Notes under the pieces: generated by a model | What the model was told of the DNA's origin: nothing | The model's input: only the letters and a program-made list of their open reading frames with translations | Databases searched by the model: none | Translations under genes and position numbers: made by a program | Virus record (IMG/VR): IMGVR_UViG_2654587792_000011 | Source of the DNA: a virus | Taxonomy: Duplodnaviria; Heunggongvirae; Uroviricota; Caudoviricetes | DNA length: 14,367 bases | Strand: one strand, 5' to 3' | In this document: positions 6,956 through 13,028 of the stretch, one piece after another | How the letters are laid out: each line of letters opens with the position of its first letter | How positions within the stretch are numbered: position 1 is the stretch's first letter

Positions 6956-7948
6956 TCAGAATGTCAATTTGTTACTGGATTTACCGAATTTGTCAGACAT
7001 GGCTCCCAGGCCAGCCAGGACATCGACCTGTCGCTGTCGCCCACCTCCGTGAGCGGCTGGCTGTTGCCAGTAATCTTCGAAGTGACGATCGGGTCCAAAG
7101 AACGTCGCAGCCTGCTTCACGAACTGTGTGCCGATATTTCCTGTAGCACGTACCCAGGCGGCATACCGCTTCACGCCATCAAGCATGGTCTCCGGTTTTA
7201 TTCCCTCCCTGATACGGGCTTTCCAGGCTTTGAAGGCTGCTGACTTGGAATTGCCACCAGCACGTTTGGGATATTCCTGCCAGGCCTGTTCAAATTCCGG
7301 TGAATATTCCTGTCGGGCAGAACGCGCTGGCGCAGACGCGTCAGCGGATGCATCAATAGTGTTTTTAGTCTCCGTTGTAATCTCTGTAGTAATCTCTGTA
7401 TTTGTATCAACATTCGGCGTATCCCCTGTTCCGTTATGACGTCGGGGGGTGTTCCGTTTTAACGTAATAGCTGTATCGCTGATTGCATTATTGCTGTTAC
7501 TTTCTGGCGAAACAGAAGAAGGTGTGGTGATGGCCGCAATTGCCTGTGGGTTGATCCCGACAAACAAAATATTGCTGCATTTCACCCCATCGAGCATTTC
7601 CACCGTGCGTAAATCCAGAGTAATAAACCCTGCATCGCGCAGACGCTTCAGCGCATCTGCGGTTTCCCTTTTCCCGAAACCAAACTGCTCAGCAAACGCC
7701 TGGTAGCTTCTTTGCAGTTTGTCGCCCTGAAAACGCTTGCGATATCCCAGCAACGCTCCGGTGTGCTCATCCCTGACCTCTGTCGGGCGGTACCAGTAAA
7801 CGATCTCTGAAAGCAGAGCGATAGCCGTCGCATCCGGACGCCCACTGGGTAGTCGAATATATTTCCACCAGTTCGCAGGTGTAACATTGCCGGAAATATT
7901 AATTTGACCAATAGCCATAACTTCCGGTGTGGGGGCGTAACGGCTCAT
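6956..7948 (-). CDS. replication initiator / replisome organizer (O-analogue)
   Basis: 330 aa located upstream of the loader and helicase. N-terminal wHTH-like domain, low-complexity linker (TEITTEITTE, DASADASA), conserved-looking C-terminus YSPEFEQAWQEYPKR. The family is not firmly recognised. Confidence 0.65.
   Translation of the reverse strand: MSRYAPTPEVMAIGQINISGNVTPANWWKYIRLPSGRPDATAIALLSEIVYWYRPTEVRDEHTGALLGYRKRFQGDKLQRSYQAFAEQFGFGKRETADALKRLRDAGFITLDLRTVEMLDGVKCSNILFVGINPQAIAAITTPSSVSPESNSNNAISDTAITLKRNTPRRHNGTGDTPNVDTNTEITTEITTETKNTIDASADASAPARSARQEYSPEFEQAWQEYPKRAGGNSKSAAFKAWKARIREGIKPETMLDGVKRYAAWVRATGNIGTQFVKQAATFFGPDRHFEDYWQQPAAHGGGRQRQVDVLAGLGAMSDKFGKSSNKLTF
7377..7400. repeat. 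perfect tandem 12-mer (GTAATCTCTGTA x2) inside the initiator linker; iteron candidates nearby
   Basis: Two adjacent exact copies. TGTTCCGTT occurs at 7427..7435 and 7450..7458 (23-bp phasing), with a TCTCCGTT variant at 7369..7376. Confidence 0.9.
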
Positions 7949-8244
7949 ACAACCTCCTTCCGCGGCATGAGAATTGTGTAGCCACGCGCAGGTTGTAGTC
8001 TGGCTTTTGCATCAATAGTAAGCGTTGCAATTTTTCGGATATGAAGATAACCAGCTCTTTCCAGTGCCAGGGTTTCCCTGAATATCGCTTGCTTAGAACA
8101 ACAGCAGAAATCAGCAAGCACCCGATGATCAATAACTCTCTCGCCTTCACCGTCTGAAGAACCCGACATCAAAACACGCAACATAATCAGGCGCTGAATC
8201 GGGTTATCGAAAGCACATCCGCACACAAACTGAAAACAGTTCAC
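7945..8244 (-). CDS. small winged-helix-like protein, unknown function
   Basis: 99 aa. Segment VLADFCCCSKQAIFRETLALERAGYLHI looks like a wHTH. GTG start overlaps the upstream stop (GTGA), and ATGA overlap with the initiator gene. Confidence 0.55.
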   Translation of the reverse strand: MNCFQFVCGCAFDNPIQRLIMLRVLMSGSSDGEGERVIDHRVLADFCCCSKQAIFRETLALERAGYLHIRKIATLTIDAKARLQPARGYTILMPRKEVV

Positions 8245-8465
8245 GCCACACCTCCCAGACGCTTAAACATTTTTCCAGACAGAAATACCGCCAGAGGGTA
8301 ACTGATGGTGTAGCTACGCCCCTGTAGTTCGCACACGACTTTCTGGCTTTCAGCGTTGACTAGGCAAACCCGCAGAACGTGACCGTTGCTGGTGGCGAAC
8401 CACTGCCCCACACGGGGGCAACGGTTGTATCGGTGATACAGGGAATTAACGATGTGGCGGATCAT
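8241..8465 (-). CDS. hypothetical protein (74 aa)
   Basis: ATGA/GTGA-coupled on both sides within the early-right operon. No recognisable motif. Confidence 0.5.
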   Translation of the reverse strand: MIRHIVNSLYHRYNRCPRVGQWFATSNGHVLRVCLVNAESQKVVCELQGRSYTISYPLAVFLSGKMFKRLGGVA

Positions 8466-8656
8466 GGACGCACCTCCGCCGTAGTTACGTATTTAACCGG
8501 GCTACCTTTCATTGAGATGGTTTCACACATCTCTGCCGCTTTCAGTTCCGCTGTTTTTCTGGATTTATAGCGACGGTGCCAGACAGATACATCCGTGCAA
8601 ACTGATACATCGTTTCTGTATTCCGTAGTGGAGATGATGATTTCGTAACTAATCAT
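8462..8656 (-). CDS. hypothetical protein (64 aa)
   Basis: ATGA overlap with the rha stop and with the next gene. No recognisable motif. Confidence 0.5.
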   Translation of the reverse strand: MISYEIIISTTEYRNDVSVCTDVSVWHRRYKSRKTAELKAAEMCETISMKGSPVKYVTTAEVRP

Positions 8657-9204
8657 GGGCGAACCTCCTTGTCAGAACCATTCAGCCTGGAATCAACAAG
8701 TGCAGCGCCAAAAACAGCATCACCAACACGGTCGTACAGTTTGCTAGCCAGCGGAGATTCAACGGCCTTAAGCATTGGATAAAGCTGGCTTGTCCAGATT
8801 TGATGGATTTCACGCAAATGCAGGTATACGCCTCTGGCGTTTCGTGCGACAGCTGACATATCAACCGCGTCAGCACCAGATAAATTCTTCTCCATCTGGT
8901 TAAAGGCGTTGATGTATGCCTCTTTGAACCGGGCTGCACGTTTGCCAGTAAAGCCCATAGCAAGGAACGCGAAGCCATCGCGGGTGATTTGATAGCAAGG
9001 TAGTTTGCGGCCTGTGCAATCGGTGTAATCACTGGGCTGAAAATTCAGCTCAGTGAATTCAACAGAGCACTCAAGCGTCTGGATTTTTTGAATAACGTTT
9101 TTGTGCTGCTTGCAGAAATATTCGGCAACGGCCAAAGAAGAGGTAACAGCCTTCCCATGGATAACATCAATTTTAGGGTGAGTTTGGGTAGGGGTGGTTG
9201 CCAT
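8653..9204 (-). CDS. rha: phage regulatory protein Rha (183 aa, shortened from the 282-aa ORF)
   Basis: The Rha signature starts right after the internal Met: AVTSSLAVAEYFCKQHKNVIQKI...ITRDGFAFLAMGFTGKRAARFKEAYINAFNQME. ATG at 9204 with GAGGA SD at 9216..9212. The upstream 297 nt carry a terminator and RNA structure. Confidence 0.8.
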   Translation of the reverse strand: MATTPTQTHPKIDVIHGKAVTSSLAVAEYFCKQHKNVIQKIQTLECSVEFTELNFQPSDYTDCTGRKLPCYQITRDGFAFLAMGFTGKRAARFKEAYINAFNQMEKNLSGADAVDMSAVARNARGVYLHLREIHQIWTSQLYPMLKAVESPLASKLYDRVGDAVFGAALVDSRLNGSDKEVRP

Positions 9205-9214
9205 AGTGACATCC

Positions 9215-9256
9215 TCATGTGCGAATTTTGAAAACTCACCACATGGGACGCCAATC
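9215..9256 (-). promoter_or_regulatory. antisense target site pair (a2/b2-like) at the rha ribosome-binding site
   Basis: Minus RNA reads GAUUGGCGUCC (9256..9246), N17, AAAUUCGCACAUGA (9228..9215). The last two nt are the first two nt of the GAGGA SD. Both halves are complementary to loops of the 9262..9340 RNA. Confidence 0.55.
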
Positions 9257-9261
9257 ACAGA

Positions 9262-9340
9262 GGTGGTGAGACGTACAGGGTTGGCGTAACCGGTCGCACA
9301 TGACCCCGGCGCATCTTTCGATGCCCCTGCACGCCCCACC
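9262..9340 (-). ncRNA. c4-like antisense RNA (79 nt)
   Basis: 10-bp closing stem GGUGGGGCGU/ACGUCUCACC leaving a 3' ACC. GAAA-tetraloop hairpin (9327..9308). Large loop carrying UCAUGUGCGA (9303..9294) and ACGCCAA (9287..9281), complementary to the flanking repeated motifs. Confidence 0.6.
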
Positions 9341-9367
9341 ATAATTTGGATGTGAGGAAACGTGCGC

Positions 9368-9390
9368 AAAAAAACCGCTGAAGCGCGGTT
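9368..9390 (-). terminator. rho-independent terminator/attenuator between the upstream target copy and the c4-like RNA
   Basis: On the minus strand: AACCGC-GCUUCA-GCGGUU followed by U5 (7 consecutive A on the plus strand at 9368..9374). Flanked by palindromic TGCGCA arms (9363..9368 and 9392..9397). Confidence 0.6.
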
Positions 9391-9395
9391 ATGCG

Positions 9396-9421
9396 CATGT
9401 GCGAATTTCAGGACGCCAATC
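9396..9421 (-). promoter_or_regulatory. upstream copy of the antisense target pair (a1/b1-like)
   Basis: Minus RNA reads GAUUGGCGUCC (9421..9411), UG, AAAUUCGCACAUG (9408..9396). Both halves are identical to the copy at the rha RBS. Confidence 0.55.
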
Positions 9422-9450
9422 CCGGCACCCGCTTTATAAGGTGCGGAGAC

Positions 9451-9479
9451 AGTGTAACGTCCCGAAATTGCAGAATCAA
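9451..9479 (-). promoter_or_regulatory. candidate promoter for the antisense-RNA cassette
   Basis: On the minus strand: TTGATT (9479..9474), 17 bp, TACACT (9456..9451). Back-to-back with a plus-strand promoter candidate. Confidence 0.3.
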
Positions 9480-9523
9480 TATTTGGTCTTGAAATGATCA
9501 TATAGCTGCTGATATCTTTAGAA

Positions 9524-9610
9524 CTGTTCTTGGATGTTTCGGAGCCGTTTTATGCGAAACAGCTCCCCGTTATTGATGTTGAGTGAGCCGGGTTACTCCC
9601 GGCTTTTTTT
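9524..9610 (+). ncRNA. oop-like convergent small RNA candidate (~85 nt)
   Basis: TTGAAA (9489..9494), 18 bp, TATCTT (9513..9518). Hairpin GGAGCCGUUU...AAACAGCUCC (9541..9566). Plus-orientation terminator 9585..9610 ending at the stop codon of the convergent gene. No ORF. Confidence 0.35.
9585..9610 (+). terminator. rho-independent terminator, plus orientation only
   Basis: GCCGGG (9587..9592) pairs with CCCGGC (9598..9603) across a 5-nt loop, then T7 (9604..9610). In the minus orientation the hairpin is followed by CUCACUCAAC, which is not a U-tract. Confidence 0.65.
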
Positions 9611-10317
9611 CATCGCTGCCAACCAATAACCTGAAATAACCCCATTTTCGGGTGATACCAGCGAGTCCCTCGCGGTTCTGCTTCCTCCATAACCCGATAA
9701 AAAGCAGCCATAAACGGTTCCACAGCAACAATTGCGCGACGTGACAACAATCCGTCCGGCGTCATGAACTCATGTGTGTCTGTAGGAATTTGATAGGCGT
9801 TCACCAGATTGCGGCATTTATCATCTGACAAACCGGTTTTTGCTTTCAGTTGGCGATATCCGGCATAGCCCTCACGAATAGTGCCCTTTTTAATTTGCTC
9901 GACTGTTTCAGCAACGTGGCTGACTTTTTCTTCCACCTGAGTGATCCGTTTCTGTTGGCGAACGGCTTCAAGAGCCATCGCGGCAACCATTTCGATTTCG
10001 CTCATTGGCTTACGGATCTGTTCTTCCAGTTCGCGCCAGCGATCTACCAGGCGAGCTGTGAATTCAGGACAGAGCTGTGCGACGACAATGATGCTGTCGC
10101 GCTTACCTCGTTCACCTTCGAATACATACGCGCTAGAAAATCGGCGAGGCCCAAGTGATTGTTTATTCTCAATTTCCACAGTCTGTGGAAATTGGATGAT
10201 TCCCTTTTTAGCCAGTGTTTCAATAGTTCTCTTAACACTATCTGGTCGGCTTCCCACCAGCTCTGCGATCTCAACGCTGGTCATGGATGCTTTGCCGTTA
10301 AAAATTGCGGTGTTCAT
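9610..10317 (-). CDS. Rha-like / antirepressor-like phage regulator in the cII position
   Basis: 235 aa. N-terminus MTSVEIAELVGSRPDSVKRTIETLAKKG...VVAQLCPEFTARLVDRWRELE follows the Rha-family pattern. AGGAG SD. ATGA overlap with cro. Confidence 0.7.
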   Translation of the reverse strand: MNTAIFNGKASMTSVEIAELVGSRPDSVKRTIETLAKKGIIQFPQTVEIENKQSLGPRRFSSAYVFEGERGKRDSIIVVAQLCPEFTARLVDRWRELEEQIRKPMSEIEMVAAMALEAVRQQKRITQVEEKVSHVAETVEQIKKGTIREGYAGYRQLKAKTGLSDDKCRNLVNAYQIPTDTHEFMTPDGLLSRRAIVAVEPFMAAFYRVMEEAEPRGTRWYHPKMGLFQVIGWQR

Positions 10318-10604
10318 TGTTTATCTCCTGCGTGTATTCCATCCGCTCTGTGTGGTGAACTTGGATTTAGGCTTTTGCGTAACAAGTTAGGAATTCCATC
10401 TTCAGGGTGAGGATAAAGATCTGGCCTTAAGCCATGAGGCGTAACCTTCCATGCAACTACTTCACATACTCGTAAAACGAAACGAGCAGGAATTGTGCTT
10501 TTTGAAAACCACTGATTCACCGCTTGCGGCGTCACACCAAGATTTCGCGCTATGGCATTTTGCGCAATTAATGCACGAAGTTTGTCGTAATCATTTCCTT
10601 CCAT
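10314..10604 (-). CDS. cro: Cro-like HTH regulator (YdaS/Cro family)
   Basis: 96 aa. ARNLGVTPQAVNQWFSKSTIPARFVLRVCEV...LRPDLYP matches the YdaS/Cro-type HTH. Divergent from the repressor gene. Confidence 0.75.
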   Translation of the reverse strand: MEGNDYDKLRALIAQNAIARNLGVTPQAVNQWFSKSTIPARFVLRVCEVVAWKVTPHGLRPDLYPHPEDGIPNLLRKSLNPSSPHRADGIHAGDKQ

Positions 10605-10737
10605 AACAAAGCACCAATATTAACTTTATAAATCAAGAATACATCAAGTTTAAATTAACATGCAAATTACAAAAGGATCGAATACACTAAAATCAAGTAA
10701 AGATTTATCCTTGTAAAGAAACCCACAGGATTTGGTC
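10605..10737. promoter_or_regulatory. divergent PR/PRM-type control region with ATCAAG-type operator half-sites
   Basis: AT-rich 133-bp spacer. ATCAAG occurs at 10632, 10643 and 10692. The 17-mer ATCAAGTAAAGATTTAT (10692..10708) resembles the PL palindrome. Several -35/-10-like hexamers on both strands are not resolved. Confidence 0.5.
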
Positions 10738-11427
10738 ATGAAGAACGTCAAAAACACGGAAAATCGAATAGCCGCGATGCTGAAAGCAAAAGGATGGACT
10801 CAGGCTCAACTGGCCCGCAAGTTAGGTGTGAGTGCGCAATCAGTGCAGTACTGGACAACAGGAAAAACATTTCCACGGAGTGATAAGCTCGCGCATTTAT
10901 CAGAGATTAGCGGTTATCCACAATCCTGGTTCTTAGGTGAAGACTCCTCACCAACCTTTTCCTCGCAAGAGAAACACCAGACAAGAACAGATAGCGTCGT
11001 ATTTAATGTCCTTGATGTTGAGTTTAGTTGCGGTGATGGAACTCATGTCCGTGGTGACTTGATAGATGTAGTGCGCTCAATAGAACTTGATCCTGAATAT
11101 GCCCGACGTCTTGTTGGAAATCGGGCATTCAAAAATATAGAAATAGGTAACGCCAGAGGAGACAGTATGGCTCCCACAATCTCACCTGGCGACCTTCTTT
11201 TTCTTGATAAGACAGTAACTTATTTTGATGGCGATGGTATTTATGCATTTTGTTTTGATGGAGAATGCTACGTGAAAAGGCTTCAAAAAATTGGAAGCAA
11301 AATCATGGTGTTATCTGATAACCCCAATTATCAACCATGGAGCATCGAAAAAGAGGGGTTAGCTCTGCTTTATATCCAGTCTAAAGTGATCTCATCAGTA
11401 CCATTCAACATAAACAGATTTGGTTAG
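10738..11427 (+). CDS. cI: cI-type prophage repressor (XRE HTH + S24/LexA-like autopeptidase)
   Basis: HTH WTQAQLARKLGVSAQSVQYW. GDSMAP Ser143 and YVKRL Lys180 are 37 residues apart, as in LexA. Putative cleavage site Cys98-Gly99. ATG at 10738 with AGGA SD is preferred over the TTG at 10732. Confidence 0.9.
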   Translation: MKNVKNTENRIAAMLKAKGWTQAQLARKLGVSAQSVQYWTTGKTFPRSDKLAHLSEISGYPQSWFLGEDSSPTFSSQEKHQTRTDSVVFNVLDVEFSCGDGTHVRGDLIDVVRSIELDPEYARRLVGNRAFKNIEIGNARGDSMAPTISPGDLLFLDKTVTYFDGDGIYAFCFDGECYVKRLQKIGSKIMVLSDNPNYQPWSIEKEGLALLYIQSKVISSVPFNINRFG

Positions 11428-11438
11428 TCTTTGATTTT

Positions 11439-11461
11439 AACGGGCTTTGCCCGTTTTTTTT
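11439..11461 (+). terminator. rho-independent terminator after the repressor gene
   Basis: AACGGGC-TTT-GCCCGTT followed by a T-run of 8, 12 nt after the stop codon. Confidence 0.75.
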
Positions 11462-11491
11462 CTGCCTGAAATATACGATATCAATTTTTTC

Positions 11492-11520
11492 TTGACAGCC
11501 TGTTTCCCAAAACATAATAT
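11492..11520 (+). promoter_or_regulatory. PL-like early-left promoter
   Basis: TTGACA (11492..11497), 17 bp, TAATAT (11515..11520). The -35 is overlapped by ATCAATTTTTTCTTGAC (11480..11496), an operator-like 17-mer. Confidence 0.6.
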
Positions 11521-11526
11521 CGCACC

Positions 11527-11543
11527 ATCAATTATAACTTGAT
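11527..11543. promoter_or_regulatory. palindromic operator at the PL start site
   Basis: ATCAATTATAACTTGAT has perfect ATCAA/TTGAT arms and starts 7 bp after the -10 hexamer. It shares its half-site with the cro/cI intergenic repeats. Confidence 0.5.
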
Positions 11544-11573
11544 TTGATTCAATTTAAAATTGTTGGCGGATAT

Positions 11574-12122
11574 ATGAAGACACTAAAAGCAACTCCAGAA
11601 ACAACTAATTTTATCAACTGCGGCTGTGTTACGCTTAAGGGCTTAGAACTTGATTCCTTTGCATTAAATATTGCAAATTTGCTAAGTGCTGTACGCACAT
11701 TCCATCTTCTGGATTGTGCTCGCTCAAAGGAACTGGGCATTGAGGTAATGGAATTTATCCATGAATATGCTCTATCTGCTGCTTCTCCTGCACAACAAAA
11801 ACAATCCTTCCCTGAAAGCTGGCTGGTTAACCTTCGCACCCAACGCGAAGCCTGCGGCTTAACAACCGCCGAACTCGCCAGGCTGCTCGATCTCGATGAA
11901 GAAATTATCATCCAGTGGGAGAGCGGAGAGTATGAACCAACTATCAGTATGCTTATCCCACTGGCAAATATTCTTGGCTGCGATCCGATGTGCCTGTTAA
12001 CTGGTGAGGTTACTCCTCCGGAGCAACCAAAAAGTGAGGAGCAGCAACACCATGACGCATCTCAACAAGTTTGCCCCTTATCTCGCGAAGCTCTTCTGCG
12101 GAAGAACCAATACCAATGGTGA
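11574..12122 (+). CDS. first PL-operon gene: novel N-terminal domain + XRE-type HTH + disordered tail
   Basis: 182 aa from ATG 11574 (the track TTG at 11544 is less likely). HTH GLTTAELARLLDLDEEIIIQWESGEYEPT. Residues 24-70 are paralogous to the C-terminus of the 12251..12616 product. Confidence 0.7.
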   Translation: MKTLKATPETTNFINCGCVTLKGLELDSFALNIANLLSAVRTFHLLDCARSKELGIEVMEFIHEYALSAASPAQQKQSFPESWLVNLRTQREACGLTTAELARLLDLDEEIIIQWESGEYEPTISMLIPLANILGCDPMCLLTGEVTPPEQPKSEEQQHHDASQQVCPLSREALLRKNQYQW

Positions 12123-12270
12123 CATAATCGCCGCTTCGCCCTTCAAGGTACATGCGAACATTTTTATCAATCATTGCGGAAACAGTCTCAATATGAAAAC
12201 ACTTCTGAGACTCGCTATATAGCAGAACATATAAGTCAGCTGAGGAAGCCATGAAAAAGTTCGAAAACAT
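12010..12270 (-). CDS. antisense-embedded small protein (86 aa), unknown function
   Basis: GGAG (12281..12278) lies 7 nt before ATG 12270. Perfect TATAAT at 12302..12297. Globular-looking sequence (LYVLLYSESQKCFHIETV...). Fills the 128-nt gap between plus-strand genes. Overlaps neighbours by 113 nt and 20 nt. Confidence 0.45.
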   Translation of the reverse strand: MFSNFFMASSADLYVLLYSESQKCFHIETVSAMIDKNVRMYLEGRSGDYVTIGIGSSAEELREIRGKLVEMRHGVAAPHFLVAPEE

Positions 12271-12616
12271 AACTGTTCTCCATGTTGATGACTTTGATTA
12301 TACAAACCCGGAACTTCTCCCGGAGGTTGTAAAGGCAATGGATGTTGCCGATATAGTGATTAGAGAAAAGAGAATTGTCAAAAACAGGCTCGCATGCACT
12401 TCAGGAGCAATGACAGAAACAACCTCACAGCAAGATAATTACGAAGGCATTTGTCTGGAGCCTGATTCATTTGCGGTAAATGTTTATCATTTATTGCATG
12501 CAACACAGGTATTACATATGTCCAGTAATCACGAAACGAAAACACTCGGCAGCGAAATTCTGAGTTTTGCATGTGAGTATACAAAAGCTGCTGCCGAAAA
12601 AGAATTAGCGCAATAA
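12251..12616 (+). CDS. orphan protein (121 aa) sharing a domain with the HTH protein but lacking an HTH
   Basis: GAGG SD 5 nt before the ATG. Residues 69-115 align ungapped with residues 24-70 of the 11574..12122 product (20/47 identical by hand count). Confidence 0.65.
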   Translation: MKKFENITVLHVDDFDYTNPELLPEVVKAMDVADIVIREKRIVKNRLACTSGAMTETTSQQDNYEGICLEPDSFAVNVYHLLHATQVLHMSSNHETKTLGSEILSFACEYTKAAAEKELAQ

Positions 12617-12694
12617 CAACAAATATGCCCTGAACGTTTATTGCGGTTTTATCGCCGGGGATTGTTACAACCTTAATCCACAGGAGGCTTTATT

Positions 12695-12808
12695 GTGACT
12701 TTTATAAAGAATATGGCATCACACAAGACCGCCTGCCTTATTGCACAATACGGTGAAAATTACATGCATATTGCCTGCTTATTTCTGCGTAAAGCATACG
12801 GGAGATAA
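12695..12808 (+). CDS. 37-aa micro-ORF (below the ORF-track cutoff)
   Basis: AGGAGG (12682..12687) lies 7 nt before GTG 12695. Product MTFIKNMASHKTACLIAQYGENYMHIACLFLRKAYGR. Its stop is 2 nt before the next ATG, and its 3' end supplies that gene's GGGAGA SD. Confidence 0.35.
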   Translation: MTFIKNMASHKTACLIAQYGENYMHIACLFLRKAYGR

Positions 12809-12810
12809 TA

Positions 12811-13023
12811 ATGCATCAGAAAACAGCAGAACACGAACAAACCAGAATATTGCTGACCATCAAAAACGGGAAAGTAATATTCATTCTCCATGTTCATGAC
12901 GATGAACTTGTAGGAACTCTTTCAACATTCCTGTTTATTGCAGAAAAGGCAGGATATGACGTTATTGCACCAGCAGATGAAGATGAAGATGAAGATGAAG
13001 ATGAAGATGAAGATGAGGAATAA
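12811..13023 (+). CDS. 70-aa protein with a poly-(Asp-Glu) C-terminal tail
   Basis: GGGAGA SD. Compact core followed by the tail ADEDEDEDEDEDEDEE. No recognised family. Confidence 0.65.
   Translation: MHQKTAEHEQTRILLTIKNGKVIFILHVHDDELVGTLSTFLFIAEKAGYDVIAPADEDEDEDEDEDEDEE
12976..13017 (+). repeat. in-frame hexanucleotide microsatellite (GATGAA)x6 + GATGAG
   Basis: Six exact tandem GATGAA units (12976..13011) plus one variant unit, encoding the acidic tail. Confidence 0.97.
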
Positions 13024-13028
13024 ATATC

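Noticed and set aside
9262-9340. tRNA-like element (acceptor-like stem with 3' ACC)
   Set aside because: It has no T-loop (GTTCRANYC), D-arm or anticodon arm. It fits an RNase P-substrate-like antisense RNA, not a tRNA or tRNA pseudogene.
9205-9501. N-terminal 99 codons of the 282-aa ORF 8653..9501 read as part of Rha
   Set aside because: Rha homology begins only after the internal Met (9204), which has its own GAGGA SD. The upstream stretch contains an intrinsic terminator, inverted repeats and duplicated motifs, and is better explained as structured RNA.
11544-11573. TTG start at 11544 for the first PL gene
   Set aside because: It lies directly after the operator palindrome, within about 17 nt of the predicted transcription start, and has no SD. 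ATG 11574 is more plausible, though its GGCGGA SD is weak.
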